Positions 50,072 to 64,000 are shown, counted from the first letter of the stretch. The stretch: 64,000 nt of DNA from Geosiphon pyriformis uo1 (GCA_016748015.1 JAAOMT010000657.1:186001-250000); one strand, 5' to 3'. Notes: generated by a model from the sequence alone, not told the origin. A program made the numbers and translations.

Positions 50072-50465
50072 ATGTCAGAATGTGCACATAATACTAATGC
50101 AGAATTTAATCTCAAATATTTAGAAAAAACTGCCATCAAATTGGAATCTTATTTGTGTATCAGTATAGATCTGAAAATAGCATTGGAAATTTCAGCAACA
50201 ACAATAATCCAATTAGCTTTTAGATTTAGTTTAGTGAAAAAAGAAATCAATATTAGAAGAGAAATAATTAATGTAAGATATATAGAAAATATCATTGCAA
50301 TATTACAAAATGATTCAAAAAAAAAATATACTATTGAACCAAATAAAAAGAAAGCACAAGCAATATTTCTGTCTTTGGTTAAAATAGCTCAGTTAGTTTC
50401 AGTAGAAAAAAAGGAAGAATTAGGGATTACAGCAAGAAAAATAAAAAGATTTGAATCTATAAATA
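50072..50465 (+). pseudogene. dUTPase domain inside C1 pol
   Basis: MSECAHNTNAEFNLKY...IDLKIALEI...QLAFRFSLVKKEINIRREIINVRYIENI...KAQAIF...TARKIKRFES: all five dUTPase motifs, decayed by G->A/C->T. Confidence 0.85.
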
Positions 50466-53400
50466 GAATAGACATACCAGTTAATATGGCAAAAAAAGAA
50501 CCAATTAATAAAGAAGAAATTATTTTTACCAATTAATTAGTTTCTATTCTACTATATGACTAGTATATATTAATAATAGAGAGAAAAATGAGAGACCAGC
50601 TCCAGATTTTTGAAGCAAAACAAACTATTTGTGAATCAGAAAAAATTAGAATTACTAATTTCTATATACTGGCCAAGAACTATAAATACATCAAAATTTT
50701 CATTTACAACACAACTGGAAACACCATTAAAATACCAAGTAGAACTACCATCAGATACTTAAGCACTGAAGTTAAAAACCAACCACCAAACACCATTTCA
50801 GATTTTTCACAACTGTACAAATATGTGAATATTATATTACAAACAATTTATAAACAAGAAAAATGTTATTTGCTCCAATCAGAACAACTAGAGCAAATAA
50901 ACTTGGGAAATTTAAATCCACTTTAATGTATGCTATTCAAGATGCTACTCAACAATTTCATTAATATATTTGCCAATGAAAATAAATTTGGCAAAACTAA
51001 TATTATTCAGCACCAAATTAAGACTGGAGATACAATGCCAATAAAACAACAAGCATACAAAATATTACTAGCAAGCCATGAAATTATTTAACAAAAAATC
51101 AACAGAATATTAGACAATAGATTAATTTAACTATTAATAAGTCTATGATCATTATCAGTAATACTTGTTCAGAAGAAAAATGGAAAGATCTGTTTTTGTG
51201 TGGATTATAAAAAACTCAACAGTATAACACATAAAGACAGCTATTCAACTTCACAAATTCAAAAGCTATTCAATGCTTTTAGAGAAAAAAATGGTTTTCA
51301 ATATTAGACTTAAATATTGGTTACTGACAAGTAGTTATGAAACCAAAAAACAAGAAAAAGATAGCATTTACTACAAGAAAAGAGAATTTTAAATTTAATG
51401 TTATGTTATTTGGCTTAACCAATACACTAGCAATATTTCAATAGCTTATAAAAATTGTTTACACTAAACTACTATGAAAATTAGTAGTTATGTATTTAGA
51501 TAACATTAATGTATTTTCAAAAACATTTGATGATTATTTTTATCATCTTTAGCAGACATTCAAAAGATTGAAAAGAGCTGAATTAAAATTAAATGCAAAT
51601 AAGTGCTTCTTTGGAAAAACAAAACTCAAATTTTTGAAACATGTTGTGAGTAAAGAGAGCATCAAAATAAACCCAAATAAGATTGAAATAATCAAAAACT
51701 TTTTAGTACCAACCAACTTAACAGAACTAAGAGCATTTTTGAAATTTACAGAATACTATTGTTGATTTATCCAGAACTTTTCCAAATTGGCTTAACCATT
51801 TTACCAGCTTTAAGCAAAAAATATCAAATATAAATAAACAGAAAACCAACAAGAAGCTTTTGATATTTTAAAAAAAAAGCTCATTCAAGCTCTAGTACTG
51901 ATCTATCCAGATCATAACAAACCATTTATTATCACAATAGATGCATTAAATCAAGCATTAAAAGCTGTACTGTTTCAAAAAAGATCTGATAAATAAGAAC
52001 ATTTAGTAACATATGCCAACAGAAATTTAAGTCCAGCCAAAAAAAACTATGGAACCTTAGTATTAGAATACTTAACTATCTATTGGGCTGTTATCAAATA
52101 GAAAAAATACTTGAGTCAAAAATTTGATGTATACATTGATCACAAGAGATTAACATTAATTCAAAAGCAAGAATTTGGAAACAATTACTATATAAGATAG
52201 AAAATAAAACTATCATTATTTAATTATATTATACATTATAAAAAAAAAAATGGAAATGCTGATGATTTGTCACAAATAAAACAAATCTAAAAATATTTTA
52301 ATCCAAAAATATAATAAAAAATAAACACACAAAAATATTAACAACTACAACATTTTATTAATATTTAACAGTTCAAGGAGAAATTATTTCAAAAAGAACA
52401 AAACAACATAAAACAGCAAGCAAAATATTTTATTACTTACCAAAATATATTATACTAAAAAAACAAAAAATACCCAGATCAGTCACTCAGAATAATTACA
52501 GAAACAGAAAAAGAAACAATACTGTTTAATATGTACTCAGATCCAACAGTAAAACATTTTTATAAAGAATCAACAATAGAAAGAACCAGAAAAAGATATT
52601 ATTGGCCATCCATGTATTCAAATATCATCTAATACATTCAAAATTGTGATGCTTGTCAGAAAAAAAAAGGAACAAAATCCAGCAAACCACTAAGACCAAT
52701 TAAAGTAAACAACTATTTGATTAAATTGAAATTGACTTGGTTGGACCATTAACAATAACCAGTAAAGACAATTATTATATAACAATAGCTATAAACTATT
52801 TTACAAAATGGTCAGAAGCAAAAGCAATCCAAGAATCTATAGTTGAATTTATCTATCAAGATTTAATTTGTCAATATAGATGCCCAAAAAAATTATTATC
52901 AGATTAAGGAACTTACTTTGTAAACAGAATACTAACAAAATTAAGTCAAAGATTTGAAATTAAGAAACTATTATTATTACTATATCATTCACAAACAAAT
53001 GGCTTAGTTAAAAGATTTAACAGAACATTGTGTAAAGCAATAGTAAAAATCAGCCAAAAAAACCAGGACAAATGAGATTTATTCATACCATCAGTATTAT
53101 TTGCTTATCAGATAATAAAGCAAAATACCACACAAGCAATGCTATTTGAATTTGTTTATAGTAGAACAGCAACATTACCAGTAGGGATAAATATTAATAC
53201 ATATTTAACAGAACCAATAACAGAAGCTAACTTTCAAAAAATATTGCTAAGAACATATAAGTTAATAAAAATATTGGAAAACAAAAGATAAAAAGCAGCT
53301 GATAACATCCAAAAATCACAAAAAAAACAAAAAAAATGACACAATAACCAATTACCAGATAAACCAGTTAAATTCAGAATTGGAAACAAAATACTTTTAC

Positions 53401-54504
53401 ATTGTACCAAAGTGAAAAAACAATTAAAGTTTAATTTCAAATAAGATAGACCATTTTACATTAAAGAAATTCTAAAAAATAGAACTTATAAACTAAGATA
53501 GGATAACAAAATTTTAGCTAAAACAGCATATGAAAATTAACTAAAACCATATTATAATATAGCATTATTATTAATTAATAATATTTTACAACTGAAAATA
53601 CAAAGAATACTAGTCAAATTAAATGAAATTCTACAAGATTTAGAACTATTATTATTGAAGCAAACATGTTGAATTAACCTATTAAAACAGTATATAAAAA
53701 ACCAGGACATGTAATAAAAAACAACAAGTAAAAATAGAAATTACCAACAACATTTACTCACTTACACAACAACTATTACAACTGATTCAACAACAAGAAT
53801 CAAGTCTGGAAGTTACTATCAATAAACACATAATACAATACAAAAACAAAGAAATAATATGAAAAGACCAAACCAAAAAACAATATTTCAAATACTATAT
53901 TTCTAAGAATACTATAGATAAAATAATAAGAAAAATAGAAAAGACATTAAAAGATCCAAGAATATCAATACCAGAAGAAGAATTAATCTTAGAGAATTAA
54001 AACCAATAAATACAACAAATTCCAAAAAACTTTTGTTACTATTAGTTAGGACAATAATTAAGCATCAAAAACTTATATATCAACAAAACAAAAAAAAATT
54101 GATCCAATTTGACTACAACAAATTGAACAAATTGTCAAAAAGAACAATTTATTTACATATACAAAAGTCATTTACTGATTATGGATAGAATTTTAAAACA
54201 GACCAGAAATATTATTACACTCAACAATGAATACTGTAATTATTAATCAATTGAGAAAATTAACCAATACTTAATTTAAAAAATTGCAGATGAAAATTAC
54301 AAAAGCAATTCTAGAAAAAAAAGTTATGAAGTTAATCCAAAAAAGAAATTTAAAAAGTTTAAAAAATTTTAATAGAGTTCAATATTAAAAAGAAGGAATA
54401 ATATTATTCATAAAAATTAAGAATATTATAGTTAAAAGAATAACCAATTAAAAGTAGACATAGTAACAAAGAAATTCCAGGATTCCTCTAAAAAAATTGC
54501 AGAA

Positions 54505-54522
54505 TTCCAGAATTTTCCTAAA
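54505..54522 (+). promoter_or_regulatory. Heat-shock-element-like array in LTR-C between CCAAT box and TATA
   Basis: TTC-ca-GAA-tt-TTC-ct-AAA here and TTC-ca-GAA-tt-TTT-tt-GAA at 22569-22586 in the partner LTR. Confidence 0.45.
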
Positions 54523-57500
54523 AAAATTGTAGAATTCTAGGAATTTCATATAACACAAACTATGTATATATAACAATAGCATTAAAAGTGAGAAAAGTAT
54601 TCAGTTTAGTTTCAATTTAGCATTCTTTTTCTTATCCATTAATTAACTTTTACTTTATAGATAGTTATTATTAATCAAACAAATTTATCACAATATCAAA
54701 TAAAATATACTTATTATTATTCAATCCATGTTATTATTGTTTGATTGAAAATTTTTATCACTCTTCTATTATTAACACTTTATGTTGATAACATCCAATA
54801 CTTAACTATACTGGAACAATAGCTTTTGATTATGGTTATTAATGAAATACTAATTTCTTATTTTTTTCATTTCTTTTATTTTTTTATTTTTTTTTGTTTG
54901 TTTGTTGTTTTACTAATTGAAAAAAAAAATTAAGTGCTAAACAATTTTAATGTCAAAAATAATCTGGTAAAAGACTTAGAAATAAGAGTAGAAATTTAAG
55001 AATAGCTTATCAGAAGAACACAACTGTCAGAATAAATTGGTCATCATGCTAAAGAAAAAATTTGATGAAATAACTATTTTGAAAGGCTATTGAAACAACC
55101 ATTGAATTTTTGTTCATTATACAAAAAATTTAACCAAAATCTTTAGATTACCAAAACTTTTAAATATTATTAATATTATCAAGCTATTGAGCACCAAGTT
55201 ATGAGTTTGTTATTTGTTTTAACATTCCAAATAATCATCTGTAATACCATGATTTACTGGTCAAAATAGTTTATTAATAGAATGTGTTTAATTTCTATTG
55301 GTGTTTTATCATTCTTGGTTATAATTAATTCCTTAAAATCTAAGATAGTTATATAAAAAAGCTTAGTATTGAGACATTATTTGCATTATTGCTTGTGGTT
55401 GCTAATAGTAATTTTAAGCAGTTGATATGAATATTATAGTGGTTAATATTAAGGTACAGAATATTAAAATTTTACAACTTAAGAATATTTTAGTTGTTGT
55501 TAATATTGATTTTCTTAGTTTTGGTCTGCTACTTTTATTTGGCAATCTCTGGCAATATGTTTGGGTTTTTGACAATAATAACAATTGTAAAGATTTGATT
55601 TTCAGAGTTGTTGTTATTGTTGTTAATTCTGCTGTTACTAGTATCTATTGATGTTATTTTTCTATTGTGATAGTTGATAAGTTTTTGTAGTTTTGGCTAA
55701 AAATCTCTGAATTTTCTGAATTAATTTTTTACTTAATTGGATAAACTTTGTGTTAATATTGAAGATTCTATTTATAGCCAAATTAACAGCTTAAGTATAA
55801 TTGGCTTCTTGTTTTACTAATTTAATATTATGAACAAAGATAACTGTTTTTTATAAGTTAATTAGATGGTTAGATCTTATAGATCATAAGATGCTGTTCC
55901 TTAATTTCTTAATGAATTGGTTAAAAATTTGTTTTGTAGTATAATAGTTTTGTTTAATTGCTTATATTTGTTGAAAAATTTAATTGAACTATTTAAAATA
56001 AGTGGTTACTGTTTTATGATCTTTCTGTTTTATTATATTAAACTGATTTTATAGCCTAATAAACATATTAGAATTACAGAAGTATTGTAAAAAAACAAGT
56101 TTAAAAGCAGCAAAGTCAGTTGGTTTCTTCTTGAAACTTTAGTACTATAAGTTTGCAGTTCCTATCAAAAAAACAGCAATACTTAAATTGTTTTGGTATT
56201 ATTCTAATTATTGGTGCTAATTATTTTCTTAGCTTTTATAATCTAGATATATATGTTGTCTTTTTTACCAAAATTTTTTTTCAGTTTAGCAATATCTCAA
56301 TAAGTTATAATTTGAGTAACAGAAGGTAGTTTAATTGTTAACAATAAGAGAATTGACAGAAGTGTATTTGATTGTTTTGTTAAGGTTAATGCTGGTTGTT
56401 TCTTTTTGTTAATTGGACTAATAGACTGCAAGATGGCTGTTCCTCCTAAAAAGATAGTTGTTAATTCAGTTAAGGGCAGTATAAGTGGTAGTGTCCAAGA
56501 TAATGTGCTTTTGCCAGATTTATTGACTACTGGAATAAGATTTTTGAACAATGATCTGTATTCTTTTAGGAATTTGGTCTAAAAATTGTTATTATAGTTC
56601 CAAAAGTACAGAATTCTGAGAGTTTTTGAAGTTTTTAATTGTGTTTCTATAAATTGGTTAAATATAATTCTACTTTTTGGTGTCTAATAATATAAAAAAA
56701 TAGTTGATAAGAGAAATTTTGATTTCTTGTTGACTATGAGTTGAGCTTTTTCTTATGCAGTTGTTATATTATCAGATTTAGACTTGGATTTTTCAAAGTT
56801 GAGTTTTATTAGTTGTTTTCTTTTTACTTAAAAATACTGTTTTGTTGTGTATTCTTTAATTTTTTTATTAATTATATAAAAAGTCTCAGCTATAATCTGG
56901 ATAATAATTGTTGTTAAATATGTTAATAATTTTTAATAAATTTATTCTTTAAGTATTTTTGTGTTGTTGTTCAGTCTAATAAATAGTTAATCTTTGGCAT
57001 ATAAGTAGTAACAAAAATTACTCTTTGCAGTAATAATTTCTGGTAGTATTTTTAAGTCTTCTTTAAAATATTGAAATAATACTTTTTTTACAGTAAGTGA
57101 TTTTTTCTTACAATTCCAATAGTTATCCTTTTGTAAATTTCTGGAGTACTCTGTTTTAGTGGATTTTATAACCTCACAGAAAGCACCAAATGTTATAAGT
57201 AAACTTAATAGGATATGACAGTAATATTTAGTGCTCTAAATTTAAATAAAAAGAGCTTAAAAGTTTTTTTTTGTAGACTTATATGATATATTAGTGTTAT
57301 TAATCTCTAAAGGTCTCTTAATAGATGTAAATTTACTTATAAAGTTTTTTGGTTATAAGACACAAAAATATAGTTTTACAGTATTACAACTTGTATATGT
57401 GAACTATTTTTTCTAAGCTAATTAAGTACAGTTACTAAGATCTAATAATCTCTTTTTGTTTTTCTGGTAAGCTAACAAAATAATGTTAATATTCAATTCT

Positions 57501-59021
57501 AAAAAAAGCTTTCTTTTTTTATTAGGCTATCACAAAGTTTATTCTCAGACAGTTGATTTTTTATGTTGTTGCTCCACAAAAAAAGAAAAAAAAAAGAAAA
57601 AAAGAACAGAAAGAAAAGAAAAAGAAAAAATAAAATAAAATTAAAGAAAAAAATTAATATTGTTTATTATCATAATTAAAAGCAATTGGTTCAAGTCATT
57701 ATTTGTTCAAGACATTTTTATGCTAAAAGCATCTAACTAGGAATAAAGATAAAAAAATAAGTAATTTGGTTTAAACATAAGATTTGAGAATTATGAATAA
57801 ATGATTTTTGGTTTCAAATGTTTTTTTTATTTAAGGTAATGTAAATATATAAGTAAAATAAATTTAATAAATATAAGTAAAAAATATATTTTCTATTTAA
57901 CTATTTTTTTTGCTTTTTTGTCCTTTTTTTACTGCTAAAACTACTTGTTTTTATACATATTTCTAGTTTTATAAGATAGTTTTTTGATTGTTTATTATTA
58001 TTAGCTATTGCTTACTATTTCTGTTGTTGCTTCATTTTTTTACACTGTAACTAGTTATTCTATATTATGACTAGTTATTTTGTGCTATTTTATATTATTG
58101 TGTTATCTTGTGTTATTTTAAATTATAATATATTATTCTGTATTATTTTGTATTATTACATTTTTTTTACATTATCACATTTCCTAATTACATTTTTTCA
58201 ATATCTTTTGAATTTGTTTTTTTCTACTCAGATAACAATACTTATAAATTTATAGTCATGTTTTTTGATTTTATTAATGCTTTTTCTATTTTTCAATATT
58301 TAATAGACAAAGTATTCAAATTAGTTAATAAAAATTTTGTTTTAATTTATTTAAATGATATAATAGTATATTCAAAAACCTAAGATGAATATCTTAAACA
58401 TTTACAAAAAGTTTTTGACTTTTTTAGAAATACTAATCTTAAAATCAATTCAATTAAATCTTTTTTTAAATATTAATCTACTCAGTTTTTTGGTTATTTT
58501 ATTACAAAAGATAGAATTTTTTCTGATTCTACCAAGATTAAAAAAGTCTAGAATATTAGATTACTAATAAATATTTATCAATTACACTTTTTTCTTAAAT
58601 TGGCTTCTTATTATTAAAAATTTGTTAAAAATTTTTTTAAAATTGTCTTTTCTCTTAATTAACTATTCAAAAAAACTGTTAACTATTATGAAAACACATA
58701 TTAGCAAAAAAAACCTACAAAATCTTAAAAAAAAATTAGTCACAAAATTCATTTTTATGTAATTTAATTTGAATCAACCTTTTATTTTTTACATTAATAC
58801 ATCTGGTTTTAAACTTGATACTGTTTTTTCCTAAAAAAATAAAGATAACAAAGAGCATACTATAGTTTATATTAATAAATTATTCTGTTCAGTAAAACAA
58901 AATTATTTAATTACTGAACAGAAATGTTTAATAGTAGTTTGGACTACCAATTATTAAGATAAATATTTTCTTAGTGCCAAATTTTTGGTAAAAACAGATT
59001 ATTAAACTTTGGTTTAACTGT

Positions 59022-61611
59022 TGTTATCTGAGTAGAAAAACCAAAAAGCTATGGGAAAACATAACAAAGAAATGTGACAAGAAACATGCAGTACAACTCA
59101 AAGTAACACAGAACAAACGCGAGCAATAACTAGCAATAGTAAAACAATTAAAAGCAATCCTGTAAAACCAAAAGAATGTATAAAAGCAAATAGTTGTAGA
59201 AGTTGAAAAGACAGACAGTTAGTCAAGTAATCAATTTTACTTTGTATTATACTTATCATATATCTATAGTCTGAAATATAATAATTATCAAAAACAAAAT
59301 CCAATTTACCAATTCATGTTTTTCAATCTTACAGATTTTAATTTCAATTAAAATCAGTATTTCCTACCTTTGTTCTGGGACAGATGCTATTAGCATAAAT
59401 GCCTCGAATCCTTAACAATTTGGATCAATTGCTCTTGATTATGGCAATTGACGAGAACTAATTCTTTTTTTTTTTTTTTTATTTTTATTTTTTATTTTTT
59501 ATTTTTTTTGTTTGAAGCAGCAACATAAAAAAATTGACTGTTTTAGAATAGACTTCCCCCTAAGTTTTGGATATTAATGTTATCTTGGCAGCTTACCAGA
59601 AGAGCAAAAAAACAATGCTGAATTCTAATAACTGTGCTTGTTAGTGTGGAAAAAAAAGCTCACATTTATGGAAAACATTGTAATCAACAAAAGACAAACT
59701 CTATGCCTTATAACCAAAAAACTCAACAGGTAAATTTACATCCAAGAATAGATCTTCAAAGACTGATAACACTAACACTACAGAAAAAGCAACCAATCTT
59801 AAAAGATCAAAAAATAGAGCACCAAAAGTTATCACCATACTCTACTTAGTTTACTTATAACATTTGGTGCTTCTTATAAGATTATAAATCTACAGAGACA
59901 GAGCATCTCAGAGATACACAAAAGTGGCAACTATTAAAACAATAAAAAAAGACCACTCTTCATACAAAAGAGTACTATTTCAATACTTTTAAAAAGATCT
60001 AGGAATACCAGCAGAAACCACCATCACAGAAAGTGATTTTTGCAACTATATCAATGCAAAAATCAACTGCTTATTAGGCCATACAACTAATACAGAAAGA
60101 CTTGAAGAACAAATTCATTAAAGTTTACTAAAGTACTCAACAACTATCATTACTCAAGCAATTGCTGAAACTCTACGTATAGTTAATACAGACATTAAAC
60201 ACTATGTGACAAAATAATTCTCTCAAGTACAACAATCAGTAGAATCTGATCTGGAAAAATATGAGTATGGATCCAATAATCCCACAACTGCCCAAGACAA
60301 GTCCATGGTCAATAAGAAACCAAGGTTTCTCTTCCTAACAATTCCATCATATCATCAGACACCTCAAAGTAGAATTGTATTCAACCCACCTTTGGAAATC
60401 CAGTCAGAAACACCACAAACTCCTGGAAATCTACACTCTTGGAGTTAACACAGTTGGACCAAATCATTAGGAGAATATAGATTGCTGTTTGGAAATCTTA
60501 CCCCAACAGCTAGTTAAACAGAAGAAAACATGTCAACTTGGAAACAACCACCAGCACAAAATCCAGCAGAATCAGCATCTCCCCTGATGGAAGGAACAGC
60601 TATCTTACAACCTATTGGTTCAAACGACAAAGGGAAACAACCAGCATTAGCACCCAAAGAACACTTGAATATGCAGACACCAATCTTCTTAAATGTAACC
60701 AGTAACATTCCACCCATTAACCAGATCATGGCTTACCGGGATATTGTTAAATTGGAGAAATTCTCTGGTGAAAAAGATAATACATATTTTTGAATTGCAG
60801 ATGTCAAGAAAGCAATTACTGCTAATGGTTGGAATAACAACTACACAATTCAGGCACTGCTGTTCTTTCTAACTGGAACCATCAATTCATGGTACCAGAG
60901 CCTTGCAAAGAAGTTTATCTTCTTTACAGAGTTTAAACTCACATTTTTGCAATACTTCTGTGATCCTAATACACTCATTTAATTGCAAAATTAATTCAGT
61001 ATAATAAAACAAAATGACCATAAAGCAGTAATTACTTATTTCAAAAGATTCAATCAGGTTCTTTAACAAATCCTAGCCATCGAGCAGAATTATTATACCA
61101 CCACACAAGTCTTCAATCAATTCATTAAGGAACTAAAGAGCAGCCTTCTAAAATTCATATAACCTTGCCATCTGACAAATCTACAAGAAGCAGTCACTCT
61201 CGTTCACAATTTTGAGTCTGCAGAACAAAAAGTGAACCATATTCAAGCCATTAATTTAGCCATTAATGGAACTTCTAATATCAATACAAAGATAATCCAA
61301 TTAAGTGAAAAACTAACTTAGAAAATTGAGAGATTCTTAGCCAGAACTGCAGGAACTTACCAACTATCACAATGGAGAGAAAATAACAACAACAACAGAT
61401 ACCCACAGCAACAGAACTGTCAACAACAGCAACAACCTTGGAGATCTGATCCCCACAACTGTTACTACTACCAGAAACATGGACATATTGCCCATGACTG
61501 CAGAAAAAAGATAATGGACTAAAATCAAGGAAACCAATATTAGCAACCAAGATATTAGCAAAACATAGTATTTCAATATTCAATATCTCAAAATCAACTG
61601 CCCCAGTATAC
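59022..61611 (+). mobile_element. Family-B Gypsy element B2: 5' LTR 59022-59862, PBS, gag (interrupted by C2)
   Basis: TGTTATCTGAG...TTATAACA is the reverse complement of the B1 LTR termini. Gag MAYRDIVKLEKFSGEKD, decayed CYY.QKHGHIAHDC knuckle. Confidence 0.87.
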
Positions 61612-64000
61612 TGTTACTTATAGAAATATAGGAAATATATTAGCATGATTAGTAGCCAATCAGAAGTAGATGTAGTAAATGTAAAATTCCAGGATTCCTC
61701 TCAGGATTCCCCGATGAGGAATCACAGAATTCCAGAATTTCAGGATTCTTCTCAAAGAAATCACAGGATTCCAGGAATTCCAAGATTCCTGTCATGAAGA
61801 ATTGAGGAATTAAGAAATCTCAATTATGTATATATAGCAGCAGGATTAGAAGCTAAAAAGAGGGATTTTTCAGTTTAGATTTAATCTAAGCAACCTTCCA
61901 ATTCCCAATTATCAAATAAATAATTATTTTATATCTCAATCCACTCTCCACTATTAACACTTCATGTTGATAGTAATTGATACTTAACCACACTGGAACA
62001 ATAGCTCTTGATCATGGCTATTGATGAGATACTAACTTACCAAATTGCCTTGGCTTATTTTCATCATTATTTTCTTTATTTTATTTCTTTCTTTCTTTAA
62101 TTCTGTTGTGCCTACTAATTGATTGAGGATTAAAAGCACTGAGTTATTGACGTCACAGATAGCCTGATAAAAGACCCAGAAATAAGAGTAGATTTATATA
62201 TATTATTAGTTAGCTTACCAGAAGAGCACGACTGCCAGAATAAATCTGGCCACCAAGCTGAGAAAGAAATTGGAAAACAACTGACAACAAATAACGAATT
62301 GCCACACTATCAGATCTCTGTCCATTATACAAAAGACTCTATCAAAACCTTCAGATACAACATTTACAGAATATCATTGATGGAAATAGCTTTTGAGCAC
62401 CAAGTTACGAGTTTGTTATTTGACTTGAGACTCCAAATAATTCAACTGTAATATTTGATGCTCCTTGTAAGGTATAATCCTACAGAGAACCAGCACCAAC
62501 AACACCAAACCAAAAGTGGTAGAATCAGAAATAATAGGGACAAATTATTTAAGATTTGCAAAATTTTTATTTCAACAGTACAGCCAGCAGCTAGGCCTAA
62601 ACAACAATCATTACCCAGCAGAATCAGCTTTCAACTTCTATGTCAATGAAAGAATCACAGATTTCCTAGGAAGACCAGTTGACATTGAATCAGCAAGAAA
62701 AAATTTTTATTCAGAACTAATCCAACATACCAACTTATCCAGAAATTACAGCTTTGCACCCATTATCAGAAAAATCAACCAAGAAATTGAAAGATATACA
62801 CAAAAGACATTCCCTATTACTTACCAAAACAAAGGCAAAGGAAAACTACAGACACCAGCAATAACACCCAAAGAAATACAAATTCCTAACTGGAAAAAAC
62901 AAAGAATCGAATTTCTGATATACTCATTATACCATCACACACCTGAAAGTACCATCAACATCACATTAGCAGATGCGTCTACCAGTACAAAGACGCCACT
63001 AGCAAGAATCACATTTCAGAGTAAACAAAAGAAAAACGAACTATTAGAAGCATACAGCAATTATTTTGAAGGATTTAAATCAAGATCACTAACACCATCA
63101 GGATTTCAATTACTGCCTCATCAGCCAGATTTTGGAACTGTTAGTCCTTGGGAAATTACTGAATCAGAAGAAAAAAAAGATGAGGATCAGAAATTTAATT
63201 ACCAAAACCCAATCCTAGAAGACCCGAACATTCAAACTCAGCAACATTTAAAAAATTCAGAAATTGAAACTCTGAATATTTGAACCCTGCCAAATCAAAG
63301 AAATTAAAACCCCGAGTTAATTCATCAGCAAAATCTATCTCCAGTTATTGTTATTAATCAACCACCAATTAAGCCGATCAGTAAGCCAATTCAACTATTT
63401 CAAGTACTACTCCAACAACTGTTACCTTTTCAACAACCACTTCAACAGCCACCACAACCACCCAACTTAGATCCAATGGCCTATGCACCAATCACAAAAC
63501 TTGACAACTTTACCGGCGAAGAGGATGATGCTCAAGTATAGCTGAATGATATAGAAAAAGCCATTGCAGCCAATGGATGGAATGATGCCCAGACAATGCA
63601 AGCCATTCTCTACTTTTTCAAGGATACTGCCAATTTATGGTACCAGAGCTTGATTAATAAACCACAAGATTTTGATGCATTCAAAGAGGAATTCCTAAGA
63701 TACTTCAGCAACAATAACAGCATCAATTGCCTAGTCAACATGTTCACCACCATGAAACAAAGAGAAACTAAAGCAGTCACTACTTACTTGGAATGCTTCC
63801 ATCAAAATCTGCGCCAAATTCAAGCAATTGATGCCAACTATTTCACAGCATTACAGATCCTTAACCAGTTTATCCATGGCCTGCGCAGCAGCATCCTGCA
63901 ACATGTATGTCTGTTGCATCCAGGTATACTTCAAGATGCAGTCACACATGCCAAAGATTTTGAATCTGCTGAGTCAGAGGCCAACCACGCCCAAGCCATT
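61612..64000 (+). mobile_element. Family-C-like Gypsy element C2: 5' LTR 61612-62453, PBS 62456-62472, gag running off the window
   Basis: LTR homologous to C1 LTRs (CCAATCAGAAG, ATTCCAGGATTCC repeats). Gag ORF 62516-63283 and MAYAPITKLDNFTGEEDDAQV from 63476; left flank ATAC. Confidence 0.87.

Larger units (their letters stand above)
22477..55246 (+). mobile_element. Family-C Gypsy element C1 (5' LTR 22477-22627 + 30328-31019; 3' LTR 54402-55246), hosting A1 and A2/A3
   Basis: Paired LTRs, PBS 31022-31038, PPT ~54387-54398. Gag 31080-31991 + 47285-48200 with a CHYC..H..C knuckle; PR (LILNSG ~48620), dUTPase, RT (YLDN ~51492), RH, IN. TSD CCAT (55247-55250) vs decayed TTAT (22473-22476). Confidence 0.87.
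13150..58237 (-). mobile_element. Family-B Gypsy element B1 (5' LTR 57191-58237, 3' LTR 13150-14166), decayed, hosting the HAL1-like element and C1
   Basis: Paired ~1-kb LTRs; TSD ATAC at 13146-13149 and 58238-58241; PBS 57172-57188. Internal pieces: 55247-57190 (gag), 20051-22476 (PR, dUTPase), 14167-17759 (RT, RH, IN, extra ORF). Confidence 0.88.
12516..59021 (+). mobile_element. Family-A remnant A0 (pol fragments 12516-13149 and 58238-59021), split in RT by B1 and then interrupted by B2
   Basis: Both pieces align to A2/A3 pol and join seamlessly (ITKYNT|YKFIVMFF) across the ATAC duplication. The YLDD motif has decayed to YLND. Confidence 0.8.

Overview
Eukaryotic, AT-rich, intron-containing DNA, most likely fungal. 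The repeat proteins resemble ones I recall from Glomeromycota such as Geosiphon; that taxonomy is inference. There is one intact host gene: a 9-exon flavin-containing monooxygenase (7733-5094, minus strand, 544 aa by my splicing). Nearly everything else is transposon. This includes the 5' end of a LINE (1-2105), a decayed pogo/Tc1-mariner element (8741-~11035), an ORF1-only poly(A) retroelement of HAL1 type (17760-20050), and a nested stack of three Ty3/Gypsy-like LTR families (here A, B, C), mostly resolved by 4-bp target-site duplications: A0 > B1 > C1 > A2 > A3, plus A1 inside the C1 LTR and A0 > B2 > C2. All TE copies carry C->T/G->A damage that increases with relative age. The most striking result is the LTR architecture: tRNA(eMet)-like PBS, gag, a -1 frameshift (UUUAAAC, family A), PR-[Cys-rich insert, plus dUTPase in B and C]-RT-RNaseH ending in a stop codon, then a separate integrase ORF, then an unknown ~220-aa ORF running into the 3' LTR. 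All alignments were done by eye, and boundaries in decayed regions are approximate.
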